Origin: a virus
Lineage: Duplodnaviria; Caudoviricetes
Direction: 5' to 3' (one strand)
DNA length: 64,000 nt
Virus record (IMG/VR): IMGVR_UViG_3300028797_000108
Span: 32,001-96,000 of that record
How positions within the stretch are numbered: the first letter of the stretch is position 1; each line of letters begins with the position of its first letter. Below are positions 63,768 to 64,000 of the stretch, in pieces. A program made the translations under genes and the position numbers. A model generated the notes under the pieces. That model was not told the origin of the DNA. It did not search any database and was given only the letters and a program-made list of their open reading frames with translations.

Positions 63768-63824
63768 CTAAAGCGGTTTGGGTGGAGGTACGTCGCCGTT
63801 ATAAATATCTCAAATCGCTTTTAT

Positions 63825-63908
63825 GCTTACATGAATCCGAGCGGCAAAGGACGCAGTCTGCAAAACTGCGGGCGAAAGCCTTCGCAGGTTCGAGTCCTGC
63901 TGTAAGCT
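63825..63908 (+). tRNA. tRNA-Cys(GCA) with long variable arm
   Basis: Loop CTGCAAA, U73, variable arm GGC-GAAA-GCC. Confidence 0.85.
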
Positions 63909-64000
63909 CTAATAAAGATAGAGACAGCAAAATTAAATGCTATCCCAAGGCTGAAACGAGGGGTCCGAATCCCCTCATGGAGGTTGGTCTTCCATTCGTC

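Noticed and set aside
60514-63771. Short ORFs called across the tRNA island (other than 63495-63701)
   Set aside because: They overlap tRNAs or ncRNAs, lack SD sites and have no protein-like composition.
1-64000. Stop-codon reassignment (TAG or TGA recoding)
   Set aside because: Conserved genes are full length under code 11, TAG is used as a true stop, and no suppressor tRNA is seen.

Overview
This window is part of a large, divergent T4-like (myovirus) phage genome using the standard genetic code. It has three blocks. (1) 1-47.9 kb is a late/virion block with shuffled T4 core genes: gp25, regA, gp16, gp68-like, portal gp20, tube gp19, scaffold gp22, capsid gp23, two gp26-like genes, gp6, gp3, tape measure-like, gp7-like, two fibre-like giants, gp27, gp5 and late sigma gp55, with many TATAAATA late promoters. 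It ends with the C-terminal half of the large terminase, which starts with the C-fragment of an atypically split intein; the N-half is not in the window. (2) A short divergent non-coding gap at ~47.9-48.4 kb has direct repeats and a local G/C skew inversion and is a candidate replication origin. It is followed by an early block (48.4-60.1 kb) with ten TTGAC(A/G)-N17-TATATT-type promoters, a MoxR ATPase plus DUF2201/vWA pair and small unknown genes. (3) 58.4-64 kb is an RNA island with 20 canonical tRNAs, none encoding CCA and 14 followed by CTA. These are interleaved with at least six tRNA-shaped RNAs lacking a usable anticodon loop (4-5 nt loops, a UUCG cap, or inserted domains of up to ~270 nt) and several other structured ncRNA candidates. 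The strongest novelty candidates are this tRNA-mimic array, the orphan split-intein terminase half, a 1647-aa fibre containing ~25 DnaJ-type CxxC motifs, and a tail gene split by a +1 frame change at a stop codon. All protein calls are by-eye motif recognition and all RNA folds were made by hand; no searches were run.
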